Below are positions 27,101-38,006 of a DNA stretch of 38,424 nt, piece after piece. The position numbers and the translations under genes were made by a program. The number at the start of each line of letters is the position of its first letter. Within the stretch, counting starts at the first letter, position 1. Below the pieces are notes generated by a model. The model made no database searches. It had not been told where the DNA came from and saw only the letters and a program-made list of their open reading frames with translations. The DNA is from Rotaria socialis (Eukaryota), in contig CAJNYD010000075.1 of NCBI GenBank assembly GCA_905331295.1, positions 49,361 through 87,784 on the forward strand. Reading direction: 5' to 3'.

Positions 27101-30100
27101 TTTCCATTAAATGCAAATGGTAAATTACATCGACAACGTCTACCCAAACCGAACTTTTCTTCGTTAACTAAAGTAACAGAAGAAGCACTTATTGTTCCGT
27201 GTTCACCGATCGAAGAAAGAGTTCTTTCTGTATGGTGTGAAATTCTTCATTGTGACCATGGTAAAATTTCAACTGCGTCAAACTTCTTCAGTATTGGCGG
27301 TCATTCGCTATTGTTCATTCAACTTTATCACCGGTATCAATCATTATTTTGTTTTAGCAATGAATTACTTCCAATTACGATGTTTCTTAACCAGACAACG
27401 ATCAGTGAACATGCAAAGTTACTTGAGTCAGTCAAAAATATTGACAAGGATGGAACAATATGGCAGTCACTCCATTTAATTGACGGTATCGCATCTTTCG
27501 CACAAGAACGAATCTATCTTGACGAACAAGTACGATTCAACGATGGTGTATCAGTATACAATGAGTTGACAGCTTTAAGACTGAAAAGTGGTTCCCTATC
27601 TAAAGCTCGTCTTCAACGAGCTATTCGATCGGTATTAAAAAGACACCAGGTGCTTCGTACTCGACTTATTCTCGATACTGATCAAGGCACACTAACACAA
27701 TACGTCACTTGCAATCATTCAATGTTTAAATTTGATATTGTAAACACATTCAAAAGCGATACCGAGCTGGATTCGATATTGTTCCAAGTAAAGAACAATC
27801 CTAATCTTTTTGACTTGTCCAATGGGCACGTCTTTCATTGTCAAGTTGTTTGCCAGAACTCGAATGACCGATTTACTTATGATGATCTTATCGGTGAATC
27901 AGATGTGCTAGTATTTGCTTTTCATCATGCAGCATTTGACCGAACTTCTCGTCAAATTTTCTTTAATGACTTGAATAGTGTATATGAAGAAGATAAGCCT
28001 TTTCCAGACAATGAAGACGCATTTCAATATATTGACTATGCTGTACATGAGCGTCATATGGACATGACATCGGCTAATAAGTTTTGGCATTCACAACTTG
28101 ATGGATTTAATACGGAGCGTCAGCTAGCATTTTCAATGGACCGATATCGCTTGACTAACGACGACCGGTCTGGTTTTACCGTTATTAATCAATTTCCCTT
28201 GGATGATCAATTATCTCAATCGTTTATTAATTATGCTTCTGTACATGAAGTTACGCCATTTCAACTTGGCCTTGCTTTGTTTTATGCATTCACGTTCAAA
28301 CTAGCGAATGGACTAGCTGACTTGTGTGTTGCTTGTACTAGTGCTAATCGATACAGATCAGAACTGCAAAATTTGATAGGCATGTTTGTTGCTACTCTTC
28401 CATATCGTATAGAAGTCGATTCGAATGGCTCTTTCGATCAACTTGTTCAACAAGTTCGAGAGCAGTGTTTTTCAGTTATTGAACACTCGCATTACCCTCT
28501 TCAAAATATTCTCGCTGATTTACATCATCTACAATCGACAGCTAACTTTCTTGAAATTGCATACGACTTTGTTACTCTTGCTCGAGATGATGAAAATTTA
28601 GAATGCTGCGGCTCAAATTTTCAAATTGTCTCATCTCAACAAATGGATGATGTAGCTAAGTTCGACTGGTTATTAACATTTGTTCACGATCAATCAGCAG
28701 TTCACAATCCAATATCGGTTGCCTTGATTTGCTCGAGAGATCTTTTTGATCAGAATACTGTAAATACATTAGGTGCTCGATTTATGTTACTAATACAGGA
28801 TATATTTGGTTCTAATCCTTCTTTTGATACCAGACAACCACTCTATCAGCTTTCAATCATTTTACCAAATGAATTCTTAGTAATCGATCAACTGATGTAC
28901 AAAGACAAGACACAAAAAACAACAGCAGACAATATTGTTGGGGATTTATTTTGTCAAGAAGCTGAAAAATATGCGCAAAAAATTGCCGTTGCTCTCGATG
29001 AGCAATCCATAACATACAATGAATTACTTTTCTATGTTCAACAGCTCGCTGCTCAGTTGATCAATGAATACGACGTTCAACCAGGCGAAATTATTTGTCA
29101 ATGCATGGAAAGAACGTTATCGATAGTATATTTATTTGAAAATTATTCTTTTGAATATGAAAACTTCAAATTTCTTTACTATTTAGGTCATTGGCTTAAT
29201 GTCAATTCAAATAACTGGTGCTGTATACTGTCCACTATCACCACAAGATCCACAGAAACGTCTAGGAAATCTTATTGAACAAACACGAACTCGTTTCATT
29301 CTCATTCATTCAATGACAAATAATGTATTTGACAAGAGTAATCTTACATTTGATATTGATACAATTGTGAGCGCTGATGCAACAGTCAGTGATGACGATC
29401 TTCGTCGACTTTCGCAAATATCAGTGACTCCAGATAGTATATCATACGTTGTTTTTACAAGTGGCTCAACTGGAACACCAAAAGCGGTTCGTTTAAAATG
29501 ATCTACTTTTATCTTAAAAATCATTCATTTATATATGTATATTTAGGTTCAAGTTCGGCATCGGAATGTAACGAATTATACTCAATCTATCGTTGAAATT
29601 GGTGCATTCAATAATAATGATAACGTCGCACAAATGGCTGGTTGTTCATTCGATATGCATATTCAGGACATTATCAGTACGTTAATTAGTGGTGGCAGTT
29701 TGATCATGCTACATCCTCAAGGAAACACAGATTTGGCATATTTCGTTGATCAACTCATGGAAAAAGAGGTCACTTTCATGGATTCTGTACCAAGTTATCT
29801 CGGTACGCTGAGCCAATATCTCGAAACTCAAAGAGGTGGTCAATGTTTGGAAAAATTACGATCCGTATGCAGCGGAGGTTAGTCTATTCAAATCAAATCA
29901 GCTTTCAGAAAAATAGCTAGATATCATCTCGTCTTTTAGGTGAAAACCTGACTACTCAGATTATAACTCATTTAAAGAAATATGTAGCTCCTTCGTCATC
30001 ATCATCGCCCGGGTGTCAGTTATGGAATTTATACGGACCAGCAGAAGCGACCATTGGTTCGACATATTTTTGTATAGATTTTGATTTTAGTGAAAAAGTG

Positions 30101-33100
30101 ATCCCGATCGGACGACCACTACCCAATTATGAATGTTTGATTCTGGATGAATTTTCACAAAAAGTTATCCTCGGCCAAGAAGGCGAACTATTCATTGGTG
30201 GTGTGGGCATTTTTTCTGGCTATCTCGGCCGTGCTGATCTGACGGCAAAAATGCTTCTCGAAATTGATAACAAAGTTTTTTATCGTACTGGTGATCTTAT
30301 CCGATATGATCAACATGGACTTCTGTATTATATTAGTCGAAAAGATTATCAAGTTAAACTACGAGGACAACGAATTGAACTATCAGAAATCGAGCGATGT
30401 GTTTTTAGTGCATCTGCATTCGTAAAGGGTTGTACCGTCATTAAATGGCTCGATGAGCATTTGATTGCGTATGTTCAATGTAATGATATCGACGAGGGAC
30501 TACTACGCAATTATTGTCGCTCTCATCTTCCACACTACATGGTGCCGTCCAAGTTTATTCTTATGGAACGATTTCCTTTGAATGTAAATGGAAAACTAGA
30601 TCGCCATCGTCTTCCAGCGCCTGAATTTTCCTCAGTAACTAAAAGCCATCATGATGACGTACCACTCACTCCACTAGAGCAGCAACTACAGGACATTTTT
30701 AGTCAAGCTTTTCAATTAAAAGCTCCAAATGTTGAAGCTGCTTTCGGTCAACTCGGAGGTACATCGTTAAATGCAATGCTTGCTCTAACACTTATTCGTC
30801 AACAAATATCTACTAAAGTTGATATTAGTCTAATATTTGCTAATCCATCTATCCGACAATTGGCTCGAGCAATCGAGTCATCTGTGCTTATTGAGAAATC
30901 ATCATATACACCTCTCACAATGAAACAGGAACAAGAAACAACTGTGCACCTTGAGCCATCATTACTTATAGAATCTGTAGGAACTATAGTTCTCATTTGT
31001 CAATGGCTGTGGCCAATCATAATACTGGGTCAACGGTGTTCATCTCTTCTCGTCACCGTACCTCTAATTCATCTGATGTTCTATGCTATTTGCTCGAATC
31101 TACTCTCATCGAAAATTGAGAAAACCGATAATATGTTCTCATCGAGTTATTATCGATGGTGGTTTTTGGAACGTCTCTGGAGTAACAATACATATTGGCT
31201 ACGATACTTGATTGGAACACCATTTTACAATTATTATCTGCGCCTTTGTGGCGCTCGAATTGGTCTTGGCACACATATTTACACAACAATTATCGATGCT
31301 CCATGGTTATTAGATATTGACAATGGAGTTTGGATTGCTGATTATACTTGTCTGAATTGTTTATCATTCAATGTTCGTGACATTTTTCAACTCCATTCAA
31401 TAAAAATAGGTTCTGGTTGCTCGATTGGTACACGATCGATTTTGTTTGATGGAGTCGATATGCAAGAAAATATTATAGCTCAACCAATGTCACGAATTAC
31501 AGGTTTTATTGCATCTCAAACGGTAATCGATGGCGATGAACATAAATCTCTCTCATCGGACACATTCATTACAGACTGTAATAGACCACTATCAATATGG
31601 CAAAAAATCTACCAAGCTATTGCACTCTTCTTATTGATCTGTATTCATTCGATACTTTTAATCATTTTCTATAAAATGCATGCATTCATACAATTACCAC
31701 TACCCGTAGGAATTGCATTTTGTTGGGTCCTATGGTCAATTAGTAGTTTTTCGATTTGTTTGATTCTCCTCAAATTTGTTGTAGGTTCTTGTAGTGCAAA
31801 TGAAACATACTCAATCGCATCATGGAAATACTTACATAAATTGTGGCTTCGTCAGTTAATAGTCTCAAGTTTTTATCATGCATTGTTACTACCAGCTAGT
31901 TATGATTACATATACCCTTGTGTTCTGCGTTGGTTAAATGCACACGTTGGAGATAATGTCAAAATAAGTGAAATAGATACTTTTCTGTCCTTTCCAACAA
32001 ACTTATTAAAAATTGAAACGGGAGTTACTACATTTGGTTCAGTCTTAATGGTTCCTACTGAATTGGCAATGTCAGGATACCATCGTGTAGATTGCATAAC
32101 GCTTGGAACCTATACAAATTTTGGTAATGGATGCTCGATTTTACCAGGAAGCCATCTTGCATCAGAATCAATGGTTGGTAATTTAACACGTGTCTCTCGA
32201 GAAACAGATTATAATGAGGGAAAGATTCTTATCGGTGTTCCAGCTCGTTCAATGCCATTTTCAATGCCACCAAGATCCGATACGATGAACCAGATTGAAG
32301 TCATCCCATTTTGGCATACATGTCTTACCCTTTGTATCAGCAAATGTATTCTTTTGTGGATTTACTTGACAGTGGGTCTCATTGGTGGACCAATAATCCA
32401 CACAACACTTGTTTGTTGTTTCTATCGTTGGCGCTCATATGTACGTAATCAAACGTTGAAACATGTGTTAATAAAATTGTGGAGAGATCATCAACTTTTT
32501 ATCTGTTCATTTCTCGGTAACTCACAATGGTTAGTTCAGGTATTTCGAGCATTTGGCGCACATATTGGCAAGAATGTAATATTACCAGACTTTTCCTGTC
32601 TCACTGATTATGACTTAGTAAGCATTGGCGATAATGTTCGATTTAATACCTATGCCAGTATTCAGGTAATATATGTCTATCAAATTCCTTTTACTCTCTC
32701 TAAGAATGTTCTAAAAAATTATTTTAGTGTCACAGTTTTGAACAACGAATTCATAAACTAGCCAATGTCACCATAGGCGATGGATCAGTGCTCATGAGTG
32801 GTTCATTTGTATTAGCCGGCTGCAAACTGATGGGTAATAATAGACTCTATCCATATACAATGGTGATGAAAAATGATCAACTGCCACTAAACACCAATTG
32901 GAAAGGAGTTCCAGCAAGTAAGTCAATTAGCGGTTGATAGAATTTCTTCAAAAAATACTACAAAAGTTGTATGACAAGTGCTATATTCGCTCATCTTTTC
33001 ATTTGCATTCAGCATAGATGCAGTTTATTATTTTTGAAATGTGAAAGTTTAAAATATCAGATATGATGGCAGGTGCTTTTTACTAGACACGGGGAAACTA

Positions 33101-35381
33101 AAAGCTTGTTTCAGAGAATAAACCAATCAGATTTATACTAGTCTATATTTGTCACAGTTTTAATGTTGAATAATTACGCAAGATTTTCATGTAGACACAA
33201 ATTCTAGTTTTTACATTAGATTTTTCAAATGACTATTATTGTCACGTCATGAGAAAGTTTCACGTTCATACAATAGTCGGAAAAAAAAGAATGAAAGTTT
33301 CTTATTTCTTTTTCTTTTCTTTTCAAATCTGTACTCTTTTATTCGATTCTTGCTAAAAGTGTCACTGATCATCAAAAATGATTGCATGAAATAATTTAAT
33401 ATATTGAAATTTGTTTTTCATAGGATATGTATCTGAAAATGCACACACAACTTCGTCTGTAATAGTTAGTGATAATTCCATTGAACACGAACAAACATAT
33501 GAAAAATCTGATGAATTAACCATGCGGTACGAATGGATTGCAAGCACTTATGCCAACACCGATGATGTACAATTTATGAATTGCGGTTACGCAGATTTAG
33601 ATCAGAATGGAGATAATAAAACTGCTAACTATTCGACAAAACTTTATGAACAAGTAATTTATAGAAAACAAAAAGAATTAACTCTTACAGTACTGCGTAT
33701 AGGATACATCGGAAACATTAGATAGTGTCCAGTTTTGGTCCAAACTGATAAGGAAACTAAGTAATGTTTTTATATGACGAGGAGATGTTGAAACACAGAT
33801 ATTTTAAATCATTAGTTTACTGTGATTAATTATGAGGAACTTAATATTCAAAAATGATTCAAATCTACCCGTTTATACATAATCTACAGGGTCTCATAAA
33901 GTGGCAATATTAGTCCATCCAACACCGATGAACACTAGTAACGTTGAACTTCTTGATAACATCTTGCAGCTTACATAAATGTGTTATTTCATTTTTTTCC
34001 AATCAAAAGAGCACTTATTGTCAAATTCAATTATATCGCTCTTAACCTCATGACTCAACAAATAGCCTGAACAGTGATAACCTTCCTGGATCTTGAAACT
34101 ATTTTCTACATTTGTTTAAATACCAAACTTAGCTAATTATTTAAAATTTTACTGTTTGTAAACTGTAATATGAGCTTCACCCAAAAATATTCACAATATT
34201 TTAAAGAAAAAAAAGATTAACTATCGTAGTATACACGAGCAATGAGTATGATTTTGCTTCTTTAAAACTTTTTATTAGCCATTTAATGATGATTGCTGTT
34301 CATTCTAGTTACGAAAATATTCACAGAGAGTGTTTAATGTTTCCGAGAAAAAGACCTCTATCTCTTGCTATGCGTATGGCATGCTGTTCCTTGTAGGCTC
34401 GATGTAGAATTTGCATTACTTTTTTAGCACTAACCATTTCGAAGAAGATAACAAGGAATTTAGATCAGTGATTACTAGTACCAGTTATATTCTTAAATAA
34501 GCTGATTGGTAGAAAAAAGGTTTTGAAGAGGTCTTAAAAACTGAAAAGTAATTGCAAGTTTTTCCAAATGTCAAAATTAAGGACCCATTTTCCATAGAAA
34601 TACACATTCAATTGATATGACGCGTATTTAGGATGTATCCTAAGCGTAATTGTTCTGTCTTCATTGACTTTTGTTCGACGTACATATTTAACTAGAGCTG
34701 CCTTGAAATGTAACAGATAGAGTAGTAGCCATAACTACATTTTATTTTTCATTTTAGATTCTTGCCAATTTACCGCTTAAAAATATGAGTGTACTTGAAC
34801 TGAGCTGTGGTATAGGTAATGGTGCTGCCTGGTATGCTAGCACACATGCACCTCGCTCTTATATTGGAATGGATCGCTCTCGTGCGTTTATTGACCTGTG
34901 TAAACGAACCCATTCAGCAATTCCTAGACTTTCTTTCATACAAGCTGATGCAACAAAACATTTACCATTTGAAAATGAATCAATGGATATAGTTTTCTGT
35001 GTTGAAGCAACACATGCTTACGGTGGACCGGCAGTAATCAAAAATTTTGCCGCTGAAGTTGCTCGTGTACTACGTCCCAATGGTTGCTTTTTGTGGTGTG
35101 ACTTGTGTGATATGGATGGATCACGTGCGTCAATCACTCATCTGACATCAAACGGAGAATTCATTGTCGAACAAGAGATCAATATTACACCTAATGTTTT
35201 GCATGCACTTGACATACAGAGCAAGTCTCGCGCTAACATCATCGAACGCATTGTGCGACCTATAGAACAAGACGATTTTCACCAGTTAGCTGGAATACCC
35301 GGCACTAAAATTTATGAGGACATGCGTGAAGGACGCACTCAGTACTGGCGAGTAGTATTGCGCAAGAAAACAAGTAGTTGA
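12184..35381 (+). CDS. Four-module NRPS (C-A-T-C-C-A-T-C-C-A-T-C-A-T) with a Pls/PosA-type membrane terminal domain and C-terminal SAM methyltransferase; 20 exons, about 6349 aa
   Basis: Exons: 12184-14593, 14654-15748, 16470-17951, 18440-19003, 19056-20143, 20202-20501, 20557-20887, 20954-21955, 22018-23478, 23975-24535, 24601-25691, 25743-26042, 26103-26433, 26493-29125, 29187-29486, 29547-29877, 29940-32665, 32728-32917, 33424-33653, 34758-35381 (sum 19050 nt). All introns are GT-AG and frame-preserving, and splicing restores split motifs (SVGEP, YIDYA, SMVIG, PKAAQ, SGGE, QCHSFEQR). The start ATG at 12184 and the junction to the last two exons are less certain; the alternative stop is TGA 32935-32937. 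Confidence 0.85.
12290..15670 (+). other. NRPS module 1: N-terminal C domain, A domain, T domain
   Basis: C: SLPQQRIW, FHHIAFDN, IGMFVNILP. A: FTSGTTGTPKA, WDVH, GELY, YKTGDL, GQRVELGEIE, NGKLDR. T: FFSMGGNSL. Boundaries are approximate. Confidence 0.9.
16470..21900 (+). other. NRPS module 2: C-C-A-T
   Basis: C2 LHHIAFDGAS; C3 FHRAVFDL; A FTSGSTGVPKA, YGPAE, YRTGDL, NGKVDR; T FSIGGHSL. Confidence 0.9.
22018..27440 (+). other. NRPS module 3: C-C-A-T
   Basis: C4 VHHSIFDGFS; C5 FHHASFDFPS; A FTSGSTGTPKA, YGPAE, YRTGDL, NGKLHR; T FFSIGGHSL. Confidence 0.9.
27490..30880 (+). other. NRPS module 4: C-A-T
   Basis: C6 SFAQERI, FHHAAFDRTS; A FTSGSTGTPKA, NLYGPAE, YRTGDL, NGKLDR; T FGQLGGTSL. Confidence 0.9.
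30950..32917 (+). other. Pls/PosA-type NRPS terminal domain (three repeats of TM hairpin plus hexapeptide beta-helix)
   Basis: Three units each follow hydrophobic stretches: YYRWWFLERL...GTPFYNYYLRLCGARIG; YLHKLWLRQL...VLRWLNAHVGDNVKI...LIGVPA; FLGNSQWLVQVFRAFGAHIGKNV...DYDLVSIGD...QCHSFEQR...MVMKNDQLPLNTNWKGVPA. This is the layout of the epsilon-poly-L-lysine synthetase C-terminus. Confidence 0.8.
33424..35381 (+). CDS. Class I SAM methyltransferase resembling mycobacterial phthiotriol dimycocerosate or fatty-acid O-methyltransferases (Rv2952 type); exons 33424-33653 and 34758-35381
   Basis: FMNCGYAD...LYEQ|ILAN...VLELSCGIGNGA...SYIGMD...ADATKHLPFENESMDIVFCVEATHAY...AEVARVLRPNG...EINITPNVLHAL...GIPGTKIY...YWR. 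Phase-0 intron 33654-34757; AATAAA at 35457-35462. Either fused to the NRPS or a separate gene starting at ATG 33522. Confidence 0.8.
33700..34642. mobile_element. Possible decayed DNA transposon inside the last intron
   Basis: 11-bp inverted termini TAGGATACATC (33700-33710) and GATGTATCCTA (34632-34642), with flanks TGCGTA/AGCGTA. This intron (1104 nt) is the longest in the gene. Confidence 0.3.
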
Positions 35382-37850
35382 AAACGAACTTTGAATCAAT
35401 ATTGCAAGTATCTTTTATATTCTAAATTTTACTGTTTATTTTAATTTTAATCGTTAAATAAAACTATGCTGTTCTAACTTCATTTTACTACATGACTTAG
35501 TCGGATATGAAATAACATGAAAATGATAGCTCTCGAATGTGTTGAATATGCTAATCTTGTTGTAGTGGTATCCAACAACTAAGAAATAAAAATTTCTAAG
35601 TATAGCTATATGCTACTATGATTTGTGAGTAAGTAGTGAGTGCTTGTATTCATTAGTGAAGTAGGATTGATAAATTATGGTCATATTATAAAGCAACTGG
35701 CACCAAGTTCTCTATTAATCAAGTATTGCTAGGATCGAATAATTGCGATTCGTAATCAGTTTACGTAATATACATGCTTGGTTTCTCTATAAAAATATCA
35801 ATCACGTTGTGCATCTATCATCCTCCATCGAGAAATAAAGATGATGCCCTTTGAGTAATTGTTTGCAGGTTTTTATTCTTGAATTATCTTTTGGGCTATG
35901 CTGAGTTAGGACTATGAGTTTTTTTACTTTAACAGTTAGTAACGTAGCGTTTAGTTTACATTCATATCACAAGGTACTGTAGAAGTTACAGAGTCATTGA
36001 TACTATCAAATATCCTATTATATCAAATGAAACTCTTTGAGCCCTTTTCATTCGAAAGTTATCTTGTGCTACTTTAAGCTACTTCGAAATACTTAAGTGT
36101 TGTGTTTTTTCCTTCAGAAATAGCTACGAGAAATTTCCCATCTGATCATAAATAGTATTTTGTTAATTACTTGCATTGAGTTTAATTTTTAAAAAAAGCA
36201 TACTATTTACATCTGACATCTGATGGGTCAAATGGAAAGCAACAGCGAAGAAAATCCTACAAGAATGCATAGGAAATAATGCTGTACTTAATTCAGCTAC
36301 AATTATATCTTAACCAAGAATTGAAATATAAAGTAGTAGTTAGTGTATCAGTTCTATAAAGATTTTATCGTCATAAAGGAATCTTACTGTTACCATGATA
36401 AATGAAACAAGAAGTAAGAAAATTCATGATAATTCGCGATACTTAAGTCAGTGAGAAAGTATCAAAACAGTTACTATTTCAACAGATTCGCATGATCATT
36501 CTGCCTCTCCTAATTGAGTTTTTGCTGAAAGCTACCAAAATGAATCTATACGCAGTATACTATCTCGTTAAAGTGTTCAGAAGGCTTGACAATTTACACA
36601 GTGACTCTTCCAAAACAGTTTGAATGTAACTTAACTATTTAAAGGATCAGTATTCAGTTCTAATTATGTTTTAAAAGTTTGTTTTGTAACTTATCATGTT
36701 TCATAATGGCACAACTAGAAACCAGCATAGGGTCTCAAAAACCAAAACCTTTGCCTTCATTTCAGTAGAAGCAGTTAGCATTGCATAGAGCCTAGTTAGC
36801 TGCGAAAAAATAGCATTTATTGACTTTAATTAGTACGCCAAACAATAGCATGCGAAGCACACTGCATCTCTTATGTGTTTTACTTTAAGAAGATGTAGTA
36901 CAAAACTTTTTCCGTCAAGAGAATATTTGTTGATTTATAAGAAAAATATCAGTGATAAGAAATTAAAGAAATTATAGTCAATTTTTGTGATACGTTATTA
37001 CCTCTAATAAATCCATTAGAAACTCCAACAGTTTCGTGTTGTACCGTTTTCATAGGTGTATTTAAAAAACAGTCAGTTACAAAAATGATTTCCTAAAATC
37101 AGTGAAGTAGCTGTACAAAAAAGCTTGTTTAAATAAGTACTGAAAACACTTTCCAATTAATTTCAATTTTTAAGATTCATCTAAAATTTTGTGAAGCTTC
37201 TTGTTCTTTTTCAGTGTAATCAGACTTTTATCGATTTCTGACGAGTGATGAGTCCAAGAGTGCATTCCAAGTTCAGTTTCGCATTTTATAGGAGTTTTTT
37301 TTACAATGAGAATAAAAGCAACGAGATAATTTGTTGTTTCTAAATTTAGATTATATGTTTTAAAAGGAGTCTCAGAAGATTAGATTGTCACAAAAGTTTT
37401 ATACATTTTTCTACGTAATATTTTACAGGTTTTTTTATGTCTGGATTTCATTTGGTTCTCAAAGTGAAAAATGTATCATGATTTTTCTCGTATCATTTTT
37501 GTTTGTTTTACATGATGTTACATCCGGTTTTTTTAATGATTTGGTCAACAGAATAACAAGTCATCATTTACTTTTTTGCAAATGTTAATTGACTCAATTC
37601 ACAAATATGTACGAAAGATATGTCCAGGTACATCAATTTTTCCGTTGATTTACTGATTTTCACAGTTATGCTGTGTGAGAAATGCAAAAGTCACCGCTAT
37701 ATTCCGAAAAGATGTCATGACAAGAATTATAAAGAAATTACACTTAAATAATTGCCTAAATTATCACCAGGAGATTCTTAAAATCGTAAATAATAACTCG
37801 TCTATACCAACCAAATGATGGACTGGATTAAATACAAGGGGGGAACAGCA

Positions 37851-37965
37851 GAATCCATGAATCCATGAATCCATTTGAATCCACTTGGATCCACTTGAAT
37901 CCACTTGAATCCACTTGAATCCACTTGAATCCACTTGAATCCACTTGAATCCACTTGAATCCACT
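37851..37965. repeat. 10-bp tandem repeat (GAATCCACTT)n, about 10 copies plus two 8-bp variants
   Basis: Read directly from the sequence; preceded by CAAGGGGGGAACAG at 37835. It accounts for the spurious repetitive minus-strand ORFs. Confidence 0.95.
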
Positions 37966-38006
37966 CTGATATGAAATTCTTAGAATTATAAAAATATGAT
38001 AGTTTT

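Noticed and set aside
29990..30013. Poly-Ser insertion (PSSSSSPG) in A4
   Set aside because: A small in-frame TCA/TCG expansion in a likely loop; unlikely to matter.
12839..32097. Short antisense and alternate-frame ORFs overlapping the NRPS
   Set aside because: No recognisable motifs; expected shadows of a long coding sequence.
12106..32761. A bacterial operon of many NRPS genes, or a frameshifted pseudogene
   Set aside because: Every ORF break coincides with a GT-AG intron whose removal restores the frame and conserved motifs.
37238..37280. CTGACGAG as a hammerhead core
   Set aside because: No stem II followed by GAAA at a suitable distance.
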